Part shown: positions 29,072 through 38,175 of the stretch, in pieces
Layout of the letters: the number at the start of each line of letters is the position of its first letter
Numbering within the stretch: position 1 is the stretch's first letter
Origin: a virus
Taxonomy: Duplodnaviria; Heunggongvirae; Uroviricota; Caudoviricetes
Strand: one strand, 5' to 3'
Virus record (IMG/VR): IMGVR_UViG_2541047913_000004
DNA: 42,122 nucleotides
Made by a program: the position numbers and the translations under genes
Notes under the pieces: model-generated
The model's input: the letters and a program-made list of their open reading frames with translations, nothing else
What the model was told of the DNA's origin: nothing
The model's database searches: none

Positions 29072-31625
29072 ACCGGTAGGCGATCTGGTCGTTGATTTAA
29101 GTCTGGATGCGGCCAGATTTGACGAGCAGATGGCCAGAGTCAGGCGTCATTTTTCCGGTACGGAAAGTGATGCGAAAAAAACAGCGGCAGTCGTTGAACA
29201 GTCGCTGAGCCGACAGGCGCTGGCTGCACAGAAAGCGGGGATTTCCGTCGGGCAGTATAAAGCCGCCATGCGTATGCTGCCTGCACAGTTCACCGACGTG
29301 GCCACGCAGCTTGCAGGCGGGCAAAGTCCGTGGCTGATCCTGCTGCAACAGGGGGGGCAGGTGAAGGACTCCTTCGGCGGGATGATCCCCATGTTCAGGG
29401 GGCTTGCCGGTGCGATCACCCTGCCGATGGTGGGGGCCACCTCGCTGGCGGTGGCGACCGGTGCGCTGGCGTATGCCTGGTATCAGGGCAACTCAACCCT
29501 GTCCGATTTCAACAAAACGCTGGTCCTTTCCGGCAATCAGGCGGGACTGACGGCAGATCGTATGCTGGTCCTGTCCAGAGCCGGGCAGGCGGCAGGGCTG
29601 ACGTTTAACCAGACCAGCGAGTCACTCAGCGCACTGGTTAAGGCGGGGGTAAGCGGTGAGGCTCAGATTGCGTCCATCAGCCAGAGTGTGGCGCGTTTCT
29701 CCTCTGCATCCGGCGTGGAGGTGGACAAGGTCGCTGAAGCCTTCGGGAAGCTGACCACAGACCCGACGTCGGGGCTGACGGCGATGGCACGCCAGTTCCA
29801 TAACGTGACGGCGGAGCAGATTGCGTATGTTGCTCAGTTGCAGCGTTCCGGCGATGAAGCCGGGGCATTGCAGGCGGCGAACGAGGCCGCAACGAAAGGG
29901 TTTGATGACCAGACCCGCCGCCTGAAAGAGAACATGGGCACGCTGGAGACCTGGGCAGACAGGACTGCGCGGGCCTTCAAATCCATGTGGGATGCGGTGC
30001 TGGATATTGGTCGTCCTGATACCGCGCAGGAGATGCTGATTAAGGCAGAGGCTGCGTTTAAGAAAGCAGACGACATCTGGAATCTGCGCAAGGATGATTA
30101 TTTTGTTAACGATGAAGCGCGGGCGCGTTACTGGGATGATCGTGAAAAGGCCCGTCTTGCGCTTGAAGCCGCCCGAAAGAAGGCTGAGCAGCAGACTCAA
30201 CAGGACAAAAATGCGCAGCAGCAGAGCGATACCGAAGCGTCACGGCTGAAATATACCGAAGAGGCGCAGAAGGCTTACGAACGGCTGCAGACGCCGCTGG
30301 AGAAATATACCGCCCGTCAGGAAGAACTGAACAAGGCACTGAAAGACGGGAAAATCCTGCAGGCGGATTACAACACGCTGATGGCGGCGGCGAAAAAGGA
30401 TTATGAAGCGACGCTGAAAAAGCCGAAACAGTCCGGCGTGAAGGTGTCTGCGGGCGATCGTCAGGAAGACAGTGCTCATGCTGCCCTGCTGACGCTTCAG
30501 GCAGAACTCCGGACGCTGGAGAAGCATGCCGGAGCGAATGAGAAAATCAGCCAGCAGCGCCGGGATTTGTGGAAGGCAGAAAGTCAGTTCGCGGTACTGG
30601 AGGAGGCGGCACAACGTCGCCAGCTGTCCGCACAGGAGAAATCCCTGCTGGCGCATAAAGATGAGACGCTGGAATACAAACGCCAGCTGGCTGCACTTGG
30701 CGACAAGGTTACGTATCAGGAGCGCCTGAACGCGCTGGCGCAGCAGGCGGATAAATTCGCACAGCAGCAACGGGCAAAACGGGCCGCCATTGATGCGAAA
30801 AGCCGGGGGCTGACTGACCGGCAGGCAGAACGGGAAGCCACGGAACAGCGCCTGAAGGAACAGTATGGCGATAATCCGCTGGCGCTGAATAACGTCATGT
30901 CAGAGCAGAAAAAGACCTGGGCGGCTGAAGACCAGCTTCGCGGGAGCTGGATGGCAGGCCTGAAGTCCGGCTGGAGTGAGTGGGAAGAGAGCGCCACGGA
31001 CAGTATGTCGCAGGTAAAAAGTGCAGCCACGCAGACCTTTGATGGTATTGCACAGAATATGGCAGCGATGCTGACCGGCAGTGAGCAGAACTGGCGCAGC
31101 TTCACCCGTTCCGTGCTGTCCATGATGACAGAAATTCTGCTTAAGCAGGCAATGGTGGGGATTGTCGGGAGTATCGGCAGCGCCATTGGCGGGGCTGTTG
31201 GTGGCGGCGCATCCGCGTCAGGCGGTACAGCCATTCAGGCCGCTGCGGCGAAATTCCATTTTGCAACCGGAGGATTCACAGGAACCGGCGGCAAATATGA
31301 GCCAGCGGGGATTGTTCACCGTGGTGAATTTGTCTTCACGAAGGAGGCAACCAGCCGGATTGGCGTGGGGAATCTCTACCGGCTGATGCGCGGCTATGCC
31401 ACCGGTGGTTATGTCGGTACACCGGGCAGTCTGGCTGACAGCCGGTCGCAGGCGTCCGGGACGTTTGAGCAGAATAACCATGTGGTGATTAACAACGACG
31501 GCACGAACGGGCAGATAGGTCCGGCTGCTCTGAAGGCGGTGTATGACATGGCCCGCAAGGGTGCCCGTGATGAAATTCAGACACAGATGCGTGATGGTGG
31601 CCTGTTCTCCGGAGGTGGACGATGA
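29064..31625 (+). CDS. H: Tail tape-measure protein H, 853 aa
   Basis: 853 aa, coiled-coil-rich, Gly-rich C-terminal region; lambda gpH-like. Confidence 0.95.
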   Translation: MAEPVGDLVVDLSLDAARFDEQMARVRRHFSGTESDAKKTAAVVEQSLSRQALAAQKAGISVGQYKAAMRMLPAQFTDVATQLAGGQSPWLILLQQGGQVKDSFGGMIPMFRGLAGAITLPMVGATSLAVATGALAYAWYQGNSTLSDFNKTLVLSGNQAGLTADRMLVLSRAGQAAGLTFNQTSESLSALVKAGVSGEAQIASISQSVARFSSASGVEVDKVAEAFGKLTTDPTSGLTAMARQFHNVTAEQIAYVAQLQRSGDEAGALQAANEAATKGFDDQTRRLKENMGTLETWADRTARAFKSMWDAVLDIGRPDTAQEMLIKAEAAFKKADDIWNLRKDDYFVNDEARARYWDDREKARLALEAARKKAEQQTQQDKNAQQQSDTEASRLKYTEEAQKAYERLQTPLEKYTARQEELNKALKDGKILQADYNTLMAAAKKDYEATLKKPKQSGVKVSAGDRQEDSAHAALLTLQAELRTLEKHAGANEKISQQRRDLWKAESQFAVLEEAAQRRQLSAQEKSLLAHKDETLEYKRQLAALGDKVTYQERLNALAQQADKFAQQQRAKRAAIDAKSRGLTDRQAEREATEQRLKEQYGDNPLALNNVMSEQKKTWAAEDQLRGSWMAGLKSGWSEWEESATDSMSQVKSAATQTFDGIAQNMAAMLTGSEQNWRSFTRSVLSMMTEILLKQAMVGIVGSIGSAIGGAVGGGASASGGTAIQAAAAKFHFATGGFTGTGGKYEPAGIVHRGEFVFTKEATSRIGVGNLYRLMRGYATGGYVGTPGSLADSRSQASGTFEQNNHVVINNDGTNGQIGPAALKAVYDMARKGARDEIQTQMRDGGLFSGGGR

Positions 31626-31951
31626 AAACCTTCCGCTGGAAAGTGAAACCCGGTATGGATGTGGCTTCGGCCCCTTCTGTAAGAAAGGTGCGCTTTGGTG
31701 ATGGCTATTCCCAGCGAGCGCCTGCCGGGCTGAATGCCAACCTGAAAACGTACAGCGTGACGCTTTCTGTCCCCCGTGAGGAGGCCACGGTACTGGAGTC
31801 GTTTCTGGAAGAGCACGGGGGCTGGAAATCCTTTCTGTGGACGCCGCCTTATGAGTGGCGGCAGATAAAGGTGACCTGCGCAAAATGGTCGTCGCGGGTC
31901 AGTATGCTGCGTGTTGAGTTCAGCGCAGAGTTTGAACAGGTGGTGAACTGA
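31622..31951 (+). CDS. M: Tail tip protein M, 109 aa
   Basis: 109 aa, lambda gpM-like. Confidence 0.9.
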   Translation: MKTFRWKVKPGMDVASAPSVRKVRFGDGYSQRAPAGLNANLKTYSVTLSVPREEATVLESFLEEHGGWKSFLWTPPYEWRQIKVTCAKWSSRVSMLRVEFSAEFEQVVN

Positions 31952-32649
31952 TGCAGGATATCCGGCAGGAAACACTGAATGAATGCACCCGTGCGGAGCA
32001 GTCGGCCAGCGTGGTGCTCTGGGAAATCGACCTGACAGAGGTCGGTGGAGAACGTTATTTTTTCTGTAATGAGCAGAACGAAAAAGGTGAGCCGGTCACC
32101 TGGCAGGGGCGACAGTATCAGCCGTATCCCATTCAGGGGAGCGGTTTTGAACTGAATGGCAAAGGCACCAGTACGCGCCCCACGCTGACGGTTTCTAACC
32201 TGTACGGTATGGTCACCGGGATGGCGGAAGATCTGCAGAGTCTGGTCGGCGGAACGGTGGTCCGGCGTAAGGTTTACGCCCGTTTTCTGGATGCGGTGAA
32301 CTTCGTCAACGGAAACAGTGACGCCGATCCGGAGCAGGAGGTGATCAGCCGCTGGCGCATCGAGCAGTGCAGCGAACTGAGCGCGGTGAGTGCCTCCTTT
32401 GTACTGTCCACGCCGACGGAAACGGATGGCGCTGTTTTTCCGGGACGTATCATGCTGGCCAACACCTGCACCTGGACCTATCGCGGTGACGAGTGCGGTT
32501 ATAGCGGTCCGGCTGTCGCGGATGAATATGACCAGCCAACGTCCGATATCACGAAGGATAAATGCAGCAAATGCCTGAGCGGTTGTAAGTTCCGCAATAA
32601 CGTCGGCAACTTTGGCGGCTTCCTTTCCATTAACAAACTTTCGCAGTAA
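31951..32649 (+). CDS. L: Tail tip protein L, 232 aa
   Basis: 232 aa, lambda gpL-like; Cys cluster near the C-terminus. Confidence 0.9.
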   Translation: MQDIRQETLNECTRAEQSASVVLWEIDLTEVGGERYFFCNEQNEKGEPVTWQGRQYQPYPIQGSGFELNGKGTSTRPTLTVSNLYGMVTGMAEDLQSLVGGTVVRRKVYARFLDAVNFVNGNSDADPEQEVISRWRIEQCSELSAVSASFVLSTPTETDGAVFPGRIMLANTCTWTYRGDECGYSGPAVADEYDQPTSDITKDKCSKCLSGCKFRNNVGNFGGFLSINKLSQ

Positions 32650-32654
32650 ATCCC

Positions 32655-33398
32655 ATGACACAGACAGAATCAGCGATTCTGGCGCACGCCCGGCGATGTG
32701 CGCCAGCGGAGTCGTGCGGCTTTGTGGTAAGCACGCCGGAGGGGGAAAGATATTTCCCCTGCGTGAATATCTCCGGTGAGCCGGAGGCGTATTTCCGTAT
32801 GTCGCCGGAAGACTGGCTGCAGGCAGAAATGCAGGGTGAGATTGTGGCGCTGGTCCACAGCCACCCCGGTGGTCTGCCCTGGCTGAGTGAGGCCGACCGG
32901 CGGCTGCAGGTGCAGAGTGATTTGCCGTGGTGGCTGGTCTGCCGGGGGACGATTCATAAGTTCCGCTGTGTGCCGCATCTCACCGGGCGGCGCTTTGAGC
33001 ACGGTGTGACGGACTGTTACACACTGTTCCGGGATGCTTATCATCTGGCGGGGATTGAGATGCCGGACTTTCATCGTGAGGATGACTGGTGGCGTAACGG
33101 CCAGAATCTCTATCTGGATAATCTGGAGGCGACGGGGCTGTATCAGGTGCCGTTGTCAGCGGCACAGCCGGGCGATGTGCTGCTGTGCTGTTTTGGTTCA
33201 TCGGTGCCGAATCACGCCGCAATTTACTGCGGCGACGGCGAGCTGCTGCACCATATTCCTGAACAACTGAGCAAACGAGAGAGGTACACCGACAAATGGC
33301 AGCGACGCACACACTCCCTCTGGCGTCACCGGGCATGGCGCGCATCTGCCTTTACGGGGATTTACAACGATTTGGTCGCCGCATCGACCTTCGTGTGA
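32655..33398 (+). CDS. K: Tail tip assembly protein K (JAMM/MPN plus NlpC/P60-like), long form 247 aa
   Basis: Full ORF starts 6 nt after the L stop. JAMM signature HSHPGGLPWLSEAD (H-x-H-x7-S-x2-D) is present, and the upstream Glu of the motif lies in the N-terminal 48 residues, which the classical 199-aa annotation (start at MSPEDW, 32799) would exclude. Confidence 0.8.
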   Translation: MTQTESAILAHARRCAPAESCGFVVSTPEGERYFPCVNISGEPEAYFRMSPEDWLQAEMQGEIVALVHSHPGGLPWLSEADRRLQVQSDLPWWLVCRGTIHKFRCVPHLTGRRFEHGVTDCYTLFRDAYHLAGIEMPDFHREDDWWRNGQNLYLDNLEATGLYQVPLSAAQPGDVLLCCFGSSVPNHAAIYCGDGELLHHIPEQLSKRERYTDKWQRRTHSLWRHRAWRASAFTGIYNDLVAASTFV

Positions 33399-33967
33399 AA
33401 ACGGGGGCTGAAGCCATCCGGGCACTGGCCACACAGCTCCCGGCGTTTCGTCAGAAACTGAGCGACGGCTGGTATCAGGTACGGATTGCCGGGCGGGACG
33501 TCAGCACGTCCGGGTTAACGGCGCAGTTACATGAGACTCTGCCTGATGGCGCTGTGATTCATATTGTTCCCAGAGTCGCCGGGGCCAAGTCAGGTGGCGT
33601 ATTCCAGATTGTCCTGGGGGCTGCCGCCATTGCCGGATCATTCTTTACCGCCGGAGCCACCCTTGCAGCATGGGGGGCAGCCATTGGGGCCGGTGGTATG
33701 ACCGGCATCCTGTTTTCTCTCGGTGCCAGTATGGTGCTCGGTGGTGTGGCGCAGATGCTGGCACCGAAAGCCAGAACTCCCCGTACACAGACAACGGATA
33801 ACGGTAAGCAGAACACCTATTTCTCCTCACTGGATAACATGGTTGCCCAGGGCAATGTTCTGCCTGTTCTGTACGGGGAAATGCGCGTGGGGTCACGCGT
33901 GGTTTCTCAGGAGATCAGCACGGCAGACGAAGGGGACGGTGGTCAGGTTGTGGTGATTGGTCGCTGA
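33296..33967 (+). CDS. I: Tail assembly protein I, 223 aa
   Basis: 223 aa, overlaps the K 3' end in another frame as in lambda; ubiquitin-like N-terminus and hydrophobic Gly/Ala-rich C-terminal part. Confidence 0.9.
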   Translation: MAATHTLPLASPGMARICLYGDLQRFGRRIDLRVKTGAEAIRALATQLPAFRQKLSDGWYQVRIAGRDVSTSGLTAQLHETLPDGAVIHIVPRVAGAKSGGVFQIVLGAAAIAGSFFTAGATLAAWGAAIGAGGMTGILFSLGASMVLGGVAQMLAPKARTPRTQTTDNGKQNTYFSSLDNMVAQGNVLPVLYGEMRVGSRVVSQEISTADEGDGGQVVVIGR

Positions 33968-34027
33968 TGCAAAATGTTTTATGTGAAACCGCCTGCGGGC
34001 GGTTTTGTCATTTATGGAGCGTGAGGA

Positions 34028-37000
34028 ATGGGTAAAGGAAGCAGTAAGGGGCATACCCCGCGCGAAGCGAAGGACAACCTGAAGTCCACGCAGTTGCTGA
34101 GTGTGATCGATGCCATCAGCGAAGGGCCGGTTGAAGGTCCGGTGGATGGATTAAAAAGCGTGCTGCTGAACAGTACGCCGGTGCTGGACACTGAGGGGAA
34201 TACCAACATCTCCGGTATCACGGTGGTGTTCCGTGCCGGTGAGCAGGAGCAGACACCGCCGGAGGGATTTGAATCCTCCGGCTCCGAGACGGTGCTGGGT
34301 ACGGAAGTGAAATATGACACGCCGATCACCCGCACCATTACGTCTGCAAACATCGACCGTCTGCGCTTTACCTTCGGTGTACAGGCACTGGTGGAAACCA
34401 CCTCAAAGGGTGACAGGAATCCGTCGGAAGTCCGTCTGCTGGTTCAGATACAACGTAACGGTGGCTGGGTGACGGAAAAAGACATCACCATTAAGGGCAA
34501 AACCACCTCGCAGTATCTGGCCTCGGTGGTGGTGGGTAGCCTGCCGCCGCGCCCGTTTAATATCCGGATGCGCAGGATGACGCCGGACAGCACCACAGAC
34601 CAGCTGCAGAACAAAACGCTCTGGTCGTCATACACCGAAATCATCGATGTGAAACAGTGCTACCCGAACACGGCACTGGTCGGCGTGCAGGTGGACTCGG
34701 AGCAGTTCGGCAGCCAGCAGGTGAGCCGTAATTATCATCTTCGCGGGCGCATTCTGCAGGTGCCGTCGAACTATAACCCGCAGACGCGGCAATACAGCGG
34801 TATCTGGGACGGAACGTTTAAGCCGGCATACAGCAACAACCCGGCCTGGTGTCTGTGGGATATGCTGACCCACCCGCGCTACGGCATGGGGAAACGTCTT
34901 GGTGCGGCGGATGTGGATAAATGGGCGCTGTATGTCATCGGCCAGTACTGCGACCAGTCAGTGCCGGACGGTTTTGGCGGCACGGAGCCGCGCATCACCT
35001 GTAATGCCTACCTGACCACGCAGCGTAAGGCGTGGGATGTGCTCAGTGATTTCTGCTCGGCGATGCGCTGTATGCCGGTATGGAACGGGCAGACGCTGAC
35101 GTTCGTGCAGGACCGACCATCAGATAAGGTGTGGACCTATAACCGCAGTAATGTGGTGATGCCGGATGATGGCGCGCCGTTCCGCTACAGCTTCAGCGCC
35201 CTGAAGGACCGCCATAATGCCGTTGAGGTGAACTGGATTGACCCGAACAACGGCTGGGAGACGGCGACAGAGCTTGTTGAAGATACGCAGGCCATTGCCC
35301 GTTACGGTCGTAATGTCACGAAGATGGATGCCTTTGGCTGTACCAGCCGGGGGCAGGCACACCGCGCCGGGCTGTGGCTGATTAAAACGGAACTGCTGGA
35401 GACGCAGACCGTGGATTTCAGCGTGGGTGCTGAAGGGCTTCGCCATGTACCGGGCGATGTCATTGAAATCTGCGATGATGACTATGCCGGTATCAGCACC
35501 GGTGGTCGCGTGCTGGCGGTGAACAGCCAGACCCGGACGCTGACGCTCGACCGTGAAATCACGCTGCCATCCTCCGGTACCACGCTGATAAGCCTGGTTG
35601 ACGGAAGTGGTAATCCGGTCAGCGTGGAGGTTCAGTCCGTCACCGACGGACTTAAGGTGAAAGTGAACCGGGTTCCTGACGGCGTTGCAGAATACAGTGT
35701 GTGGGGGCTGAAGTTGCCGACGTTGCGTCAGCGCCTGTTCCGCTGTGTGAGTATCCGTGAGAACGATGACGGCACGTATGCCATCACTGCCGTGCAGCAT
35801 GTACCGGAAAAAGAAGCCATCGTGGATAACGGGGCGCACTTTGACGGCGACCAGAGCGGCACGGTGAATGGTGTCACGCCGCCAGCGGTGCAGCACCTGA
35901 CCGCCGAAGTCACCGCAGACAGCGGGGAATATCAGGTGCTGGCGCGCTGGGACACGCCGAAGGTGGTGAAGGGCGTGAGCTTTATGCTTCGCCTGACCGT
36001 GGCAGCGGATGACGGCAGTGAGCGGCTGGTCAGCACGGCCCGGACGACGGAAACCACATACCGCTTCACGCAACTGGCTTTGGGAAACTACAGGCTGACA
36101 GTCCGGGCGGCAAATGCCTGGGGGCAGCAGGGCGATCCGGCGTCGGTATCGTTCCGGATTGCCGCACCGGCAGCACCGTCGCGGATTGAGCTGACGCCGG
36201 GCTATTTTCAGATAACCGCCACGCCGCATCTTGCCGTTTATGATCCGACGGTACAGTTTGAGTTCTGGTTCTCGGAAAAGCGGATTACCGATATCAGGCA
36301 GGTTGAAACCACAGCCCGCTATCTTGGCACGGGGCTGTACTGGATAGCCGCCAGTATCAATATCAAACCGGGCCATGATTATTATTTTTACGTTCGCAGT
36401 GTGAACACCGTTGGCAAATCGGCATTTGTGGAGGCCGTCGGTCGGGCGAGCGATGATGCGGAAGGTTACCTGGATTTTTTCAAAGGCAAGATAACCGAAT
36501 CCCATCTCGGCAAGGAGCTGCTGGAAAAAGTCGAGCTGACGGAGGATAACGCCAGCAGACTGGAGGAGTTTTCGAAAGAGTGGAAGGACGCCAACGATAA
36601 GTGGAATGCCATGTGGGCTGTCAAAATTGAGCAGACCAAAGACGGCAAACATTATGTCGCGGGTATTGGCCTCAGCATGGAGGACACGGAGGAAGGCAAA
36701 CTGAGTCAGTTTCTGGTTGCCGCTAACCGTATCGCATTTATTGACCCGGCAAACGGGAATGAAACGCCGATGTTTGTGGCGCAGGGCAATCAGATATTCA
36801 TGAACGACGTGTTCCTGAAACGCCTGACGGCACCCACCATTACCAGCGGTGGCAGTCCTCCGGTATTTTCCCTGACATCAGACGGAAAGCTGACCGCTAA
36901 AAATGCGGATATCAGTGGCAGTGTGAATGCGAACTCCGGGACGCTCAACAATGTCACGATAAATGAAAACTGTACGATTAAGGGCATGCTGGAGGCGACC

Positions 37001-37441
37001 CAGGTCAGAGGGGATTTCGTTAAAGCTGTATCAAAAGCCTTCCCGAAAAAAGTCGGTACGTGGGGTAACACGGAAACACCAAACGGTACGGTTACAGTCA
37101 CCATCAGCGATGATCATAACTTTGACCGCCAGATTATTATTCCGCCCATTATTTTTAACGGTATAGCGTATGACGATCCGGGGAGCGGAAATAACCCAGG
37201 AGGCACGCGATACACGGGTTATGGTTTTGAAGTTCGCAAAAACGGCGTATTAATCGCATCCAGAGAAACTAAAGGGGCCATTCCCGGTAGTTACAGTGCG
37301 GTTATTGATATGCCGAGTGGCAGGGGAAGCGTCACTCTGGAGTTTAAGATTTTCCAGAAAGGCAATCAGGGGGCAGGGAATATCACCGATTGTACAGTGA
37401 TTGTGACCAAAAAAGCGGCTTCCGGTATCAGTATTCGTTGA
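34028..37441 (+). CDS. J: Central tail fibre / host-specificity protein J, 1137 aa
   Basis: Lambda gpJ-like over most of its length; the C-terminal region appears to differ from lambda J as I recall it. Confidence 0.95.
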   Translation: MGKGSSKGHTPREAKDNLKSTQLLSVIDAISEGPVEGPVDGLKSVLLNSTPVLDTEGNTNISGITVVFRAGEQEQTPPEGFESSGSETVLGTEVKYDTPITRTITSANIDRLRFTFGVQALVETTSKGDRNPSEVRLLVQIQRNGGWVTEKDITIKGKTTSQYLASVVVGSLPPRPFNIRMRRMTPDSTTDQLQNKTLWSSYTEIIDVKQCYPNTALVGVQVDSEQFGSQQVSRNYHLRGRILQVPSNYNPQTRQYSGIWDGTFKPAYSNNPAWCLWDMLTHPRYGMGKRLGAADVDKWALYVIGQYCDQSVPDGFGGTEPRITCNAYLTTQRKAWDVLSDFCSAMRCMPVWNGQTLTFVQDRPSDKVWTYNRSNVVMPDDGAPFRYSFSALKDRHNAVEVNWIDPNNGWETATELVEDTQAIARYGRNVTKMDAFGCTSRGQAHRAGLWLIKTELLETQTVDFSVGAEGLRHVPGDVIEICDDDYAGISTGGRVLAVNSQTRTLTLDREITLPSSGTTLISLVDGSGNPVSVEVQSVTDGLKVKVNRVPDGVAEYSVWGLKLPTLRQRLFRCVSIRENDDGTYAITAVQHVPEKEAIVDNGAHFDGDQSGTVNGVTPPAVQHLTAEVTADSGEYQVLARWDTPKVVKGVSFMLRLTVAADDGSERLVSTARTTETTYRFTQLALGNYRLTVRAANAWGQQGDPASVSFRIAAPAAPSRIELTPGYFQITATPHLAVYDPTVQFEFWFSEKRITDIRQVETTARYLGTGLYWIAASINIKPGHDYYFYVRSVNTVGKSAFVEAVGRASDDAEGYLDFFKGKITESHLGKELLEKVELTEDNASRLEEFSKEWKDANDKWNAMWAVKIEQTKDGKHYVAGIGLSMEDTEEGKLSQFLVAANRIAFIDPANGNETPMFVAQGNQIFMNDVFLKRLTAPTITSGGSPPVFSLTSDGKLTAKNADISGSVNANSGTLNNVTINENCTIKGMLEATQVRGDFVKAVSKAFPKKVGTWGNTETPNGTVTVTISDDHNFDRQIIIPPIIFNGIAYDDPGSGNNPGGTRYTGYGFEVRKNGVLIASRETKGAIPGSYSAVIDMPSGRGSVTLEFKIFQKGNQGAGNITDCTVIVTKKAASGISIR

Positions 37442-37463
37442 AATATTTATAACCCCAATAAAT

Positions 37464-37490
37464 GGCGTCAGGAATGACGCCTTTTTTATT
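37464..37490 (+). terminator. Rho-independent terminator after J
   Basis: GGCGTCA-GGAA-TGACGCC followed by TTTTTT. Confidence 0.7.
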
Positions 37491-37511
37491 GCAGAAAAGC
37501 GAGAGGTAATT

Positions 37512-38111
37512 ATGCGTAAAGTTTGTGCAGCCATTTTGTCCGCAGCCATTTGTCTGGCCGTATTCGGTGCGCCTGCATGGGCATCTGAACATCAGTCCAC
37601 GCTGAGCGCGGGGTATCTTCATGCCTTGACGAACGTTCCCGGCAGCGATGATCTTAACGGGATTAACGTGAAATACCGTTATGAGTTTACGGACACACTG
37701 GGGCTGGTGACGTCATTCAGCTATGCAGGAGACAAGAATCGCCAGCTGACCCGTTACAGCGATACCCGCTGGCATGAAGATTCCGTGCGTAACCGCTGGT
37801 TCAGCGTGATGGCGGGGCCGTCTGTGCGCGTGAATGAATTGTTCAGCGCGTATGCGATGGCGGGTGTGTCTTACAGCCGTGTGTCGACTTTCTCCGGAGA
37901 TTATCTGCGGGTGACCGACAACAAGGGGAAAACGCATGATGTGCTGACCGGAAGTGATGACGGTCGCCACAGCAACATGTCTCTGGCGTGGGGGACTGGC
38001 GTGCAGTTTAACCCGACCGAATCCGTGGCCATTGATGTCGCTTATGAAGGTTCCGGCAGTGGTGACTGGCGCACTGACGGTTTCATCGTGGGTGTCGGTT
38101 ATAAATTCTGA
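37512..38111 (+). CDS. lom: Lom outer-membrane protein (Ail/PagC/OmpX family), 199 aa
   Basis: Signal peptide (...FGAPAWA) and beta-barrel pattern ending ...GFIVGVGYKF; same position as lambda lom. Confidence 0.9.
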   Translation: MRKVCAAILSAAICLAVFGAPAWASEHQSTLSAGYLHALTNVPGSDDLNGINVKYRYEFTDTLGLVTSFSYAGDKNRQLTRYSDTRWHEDSVRNRWFSVMAGPSVRVNELFSAYAMAGVSYSRVSTFSGDYLRVTDNKGKTHDVLTGSDDGRHSNMSLAWGTGVQFNPTESVAIDVAYEGSGSGDWRTDGFIVGVGYKF

Positions 38112-38137
38112 TTAGCCAGGTAACACAGTGTTATGAC

Positions 38138-38165
38138 AGCCCGCCGGTTCAGGCGGGCTTTTTTG
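38138..38165 (+). terminator. Rho-independent terminator after lom
   Basis: AGCCCGCC-GGTTCA-GGCGGGCT followed by TTTTTT. Confidence 0.7.
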
Positions 38166-38175
38166 TGGGGTGAAT

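Noticed and set aside
35120-36652. 510-aa minus-strand ORF antisense to J
   Set aside because: Lies wholly inside the conserved J coding sequence, with Arg/Pro-rich composition and no start context; GC-rich antisense artefact.
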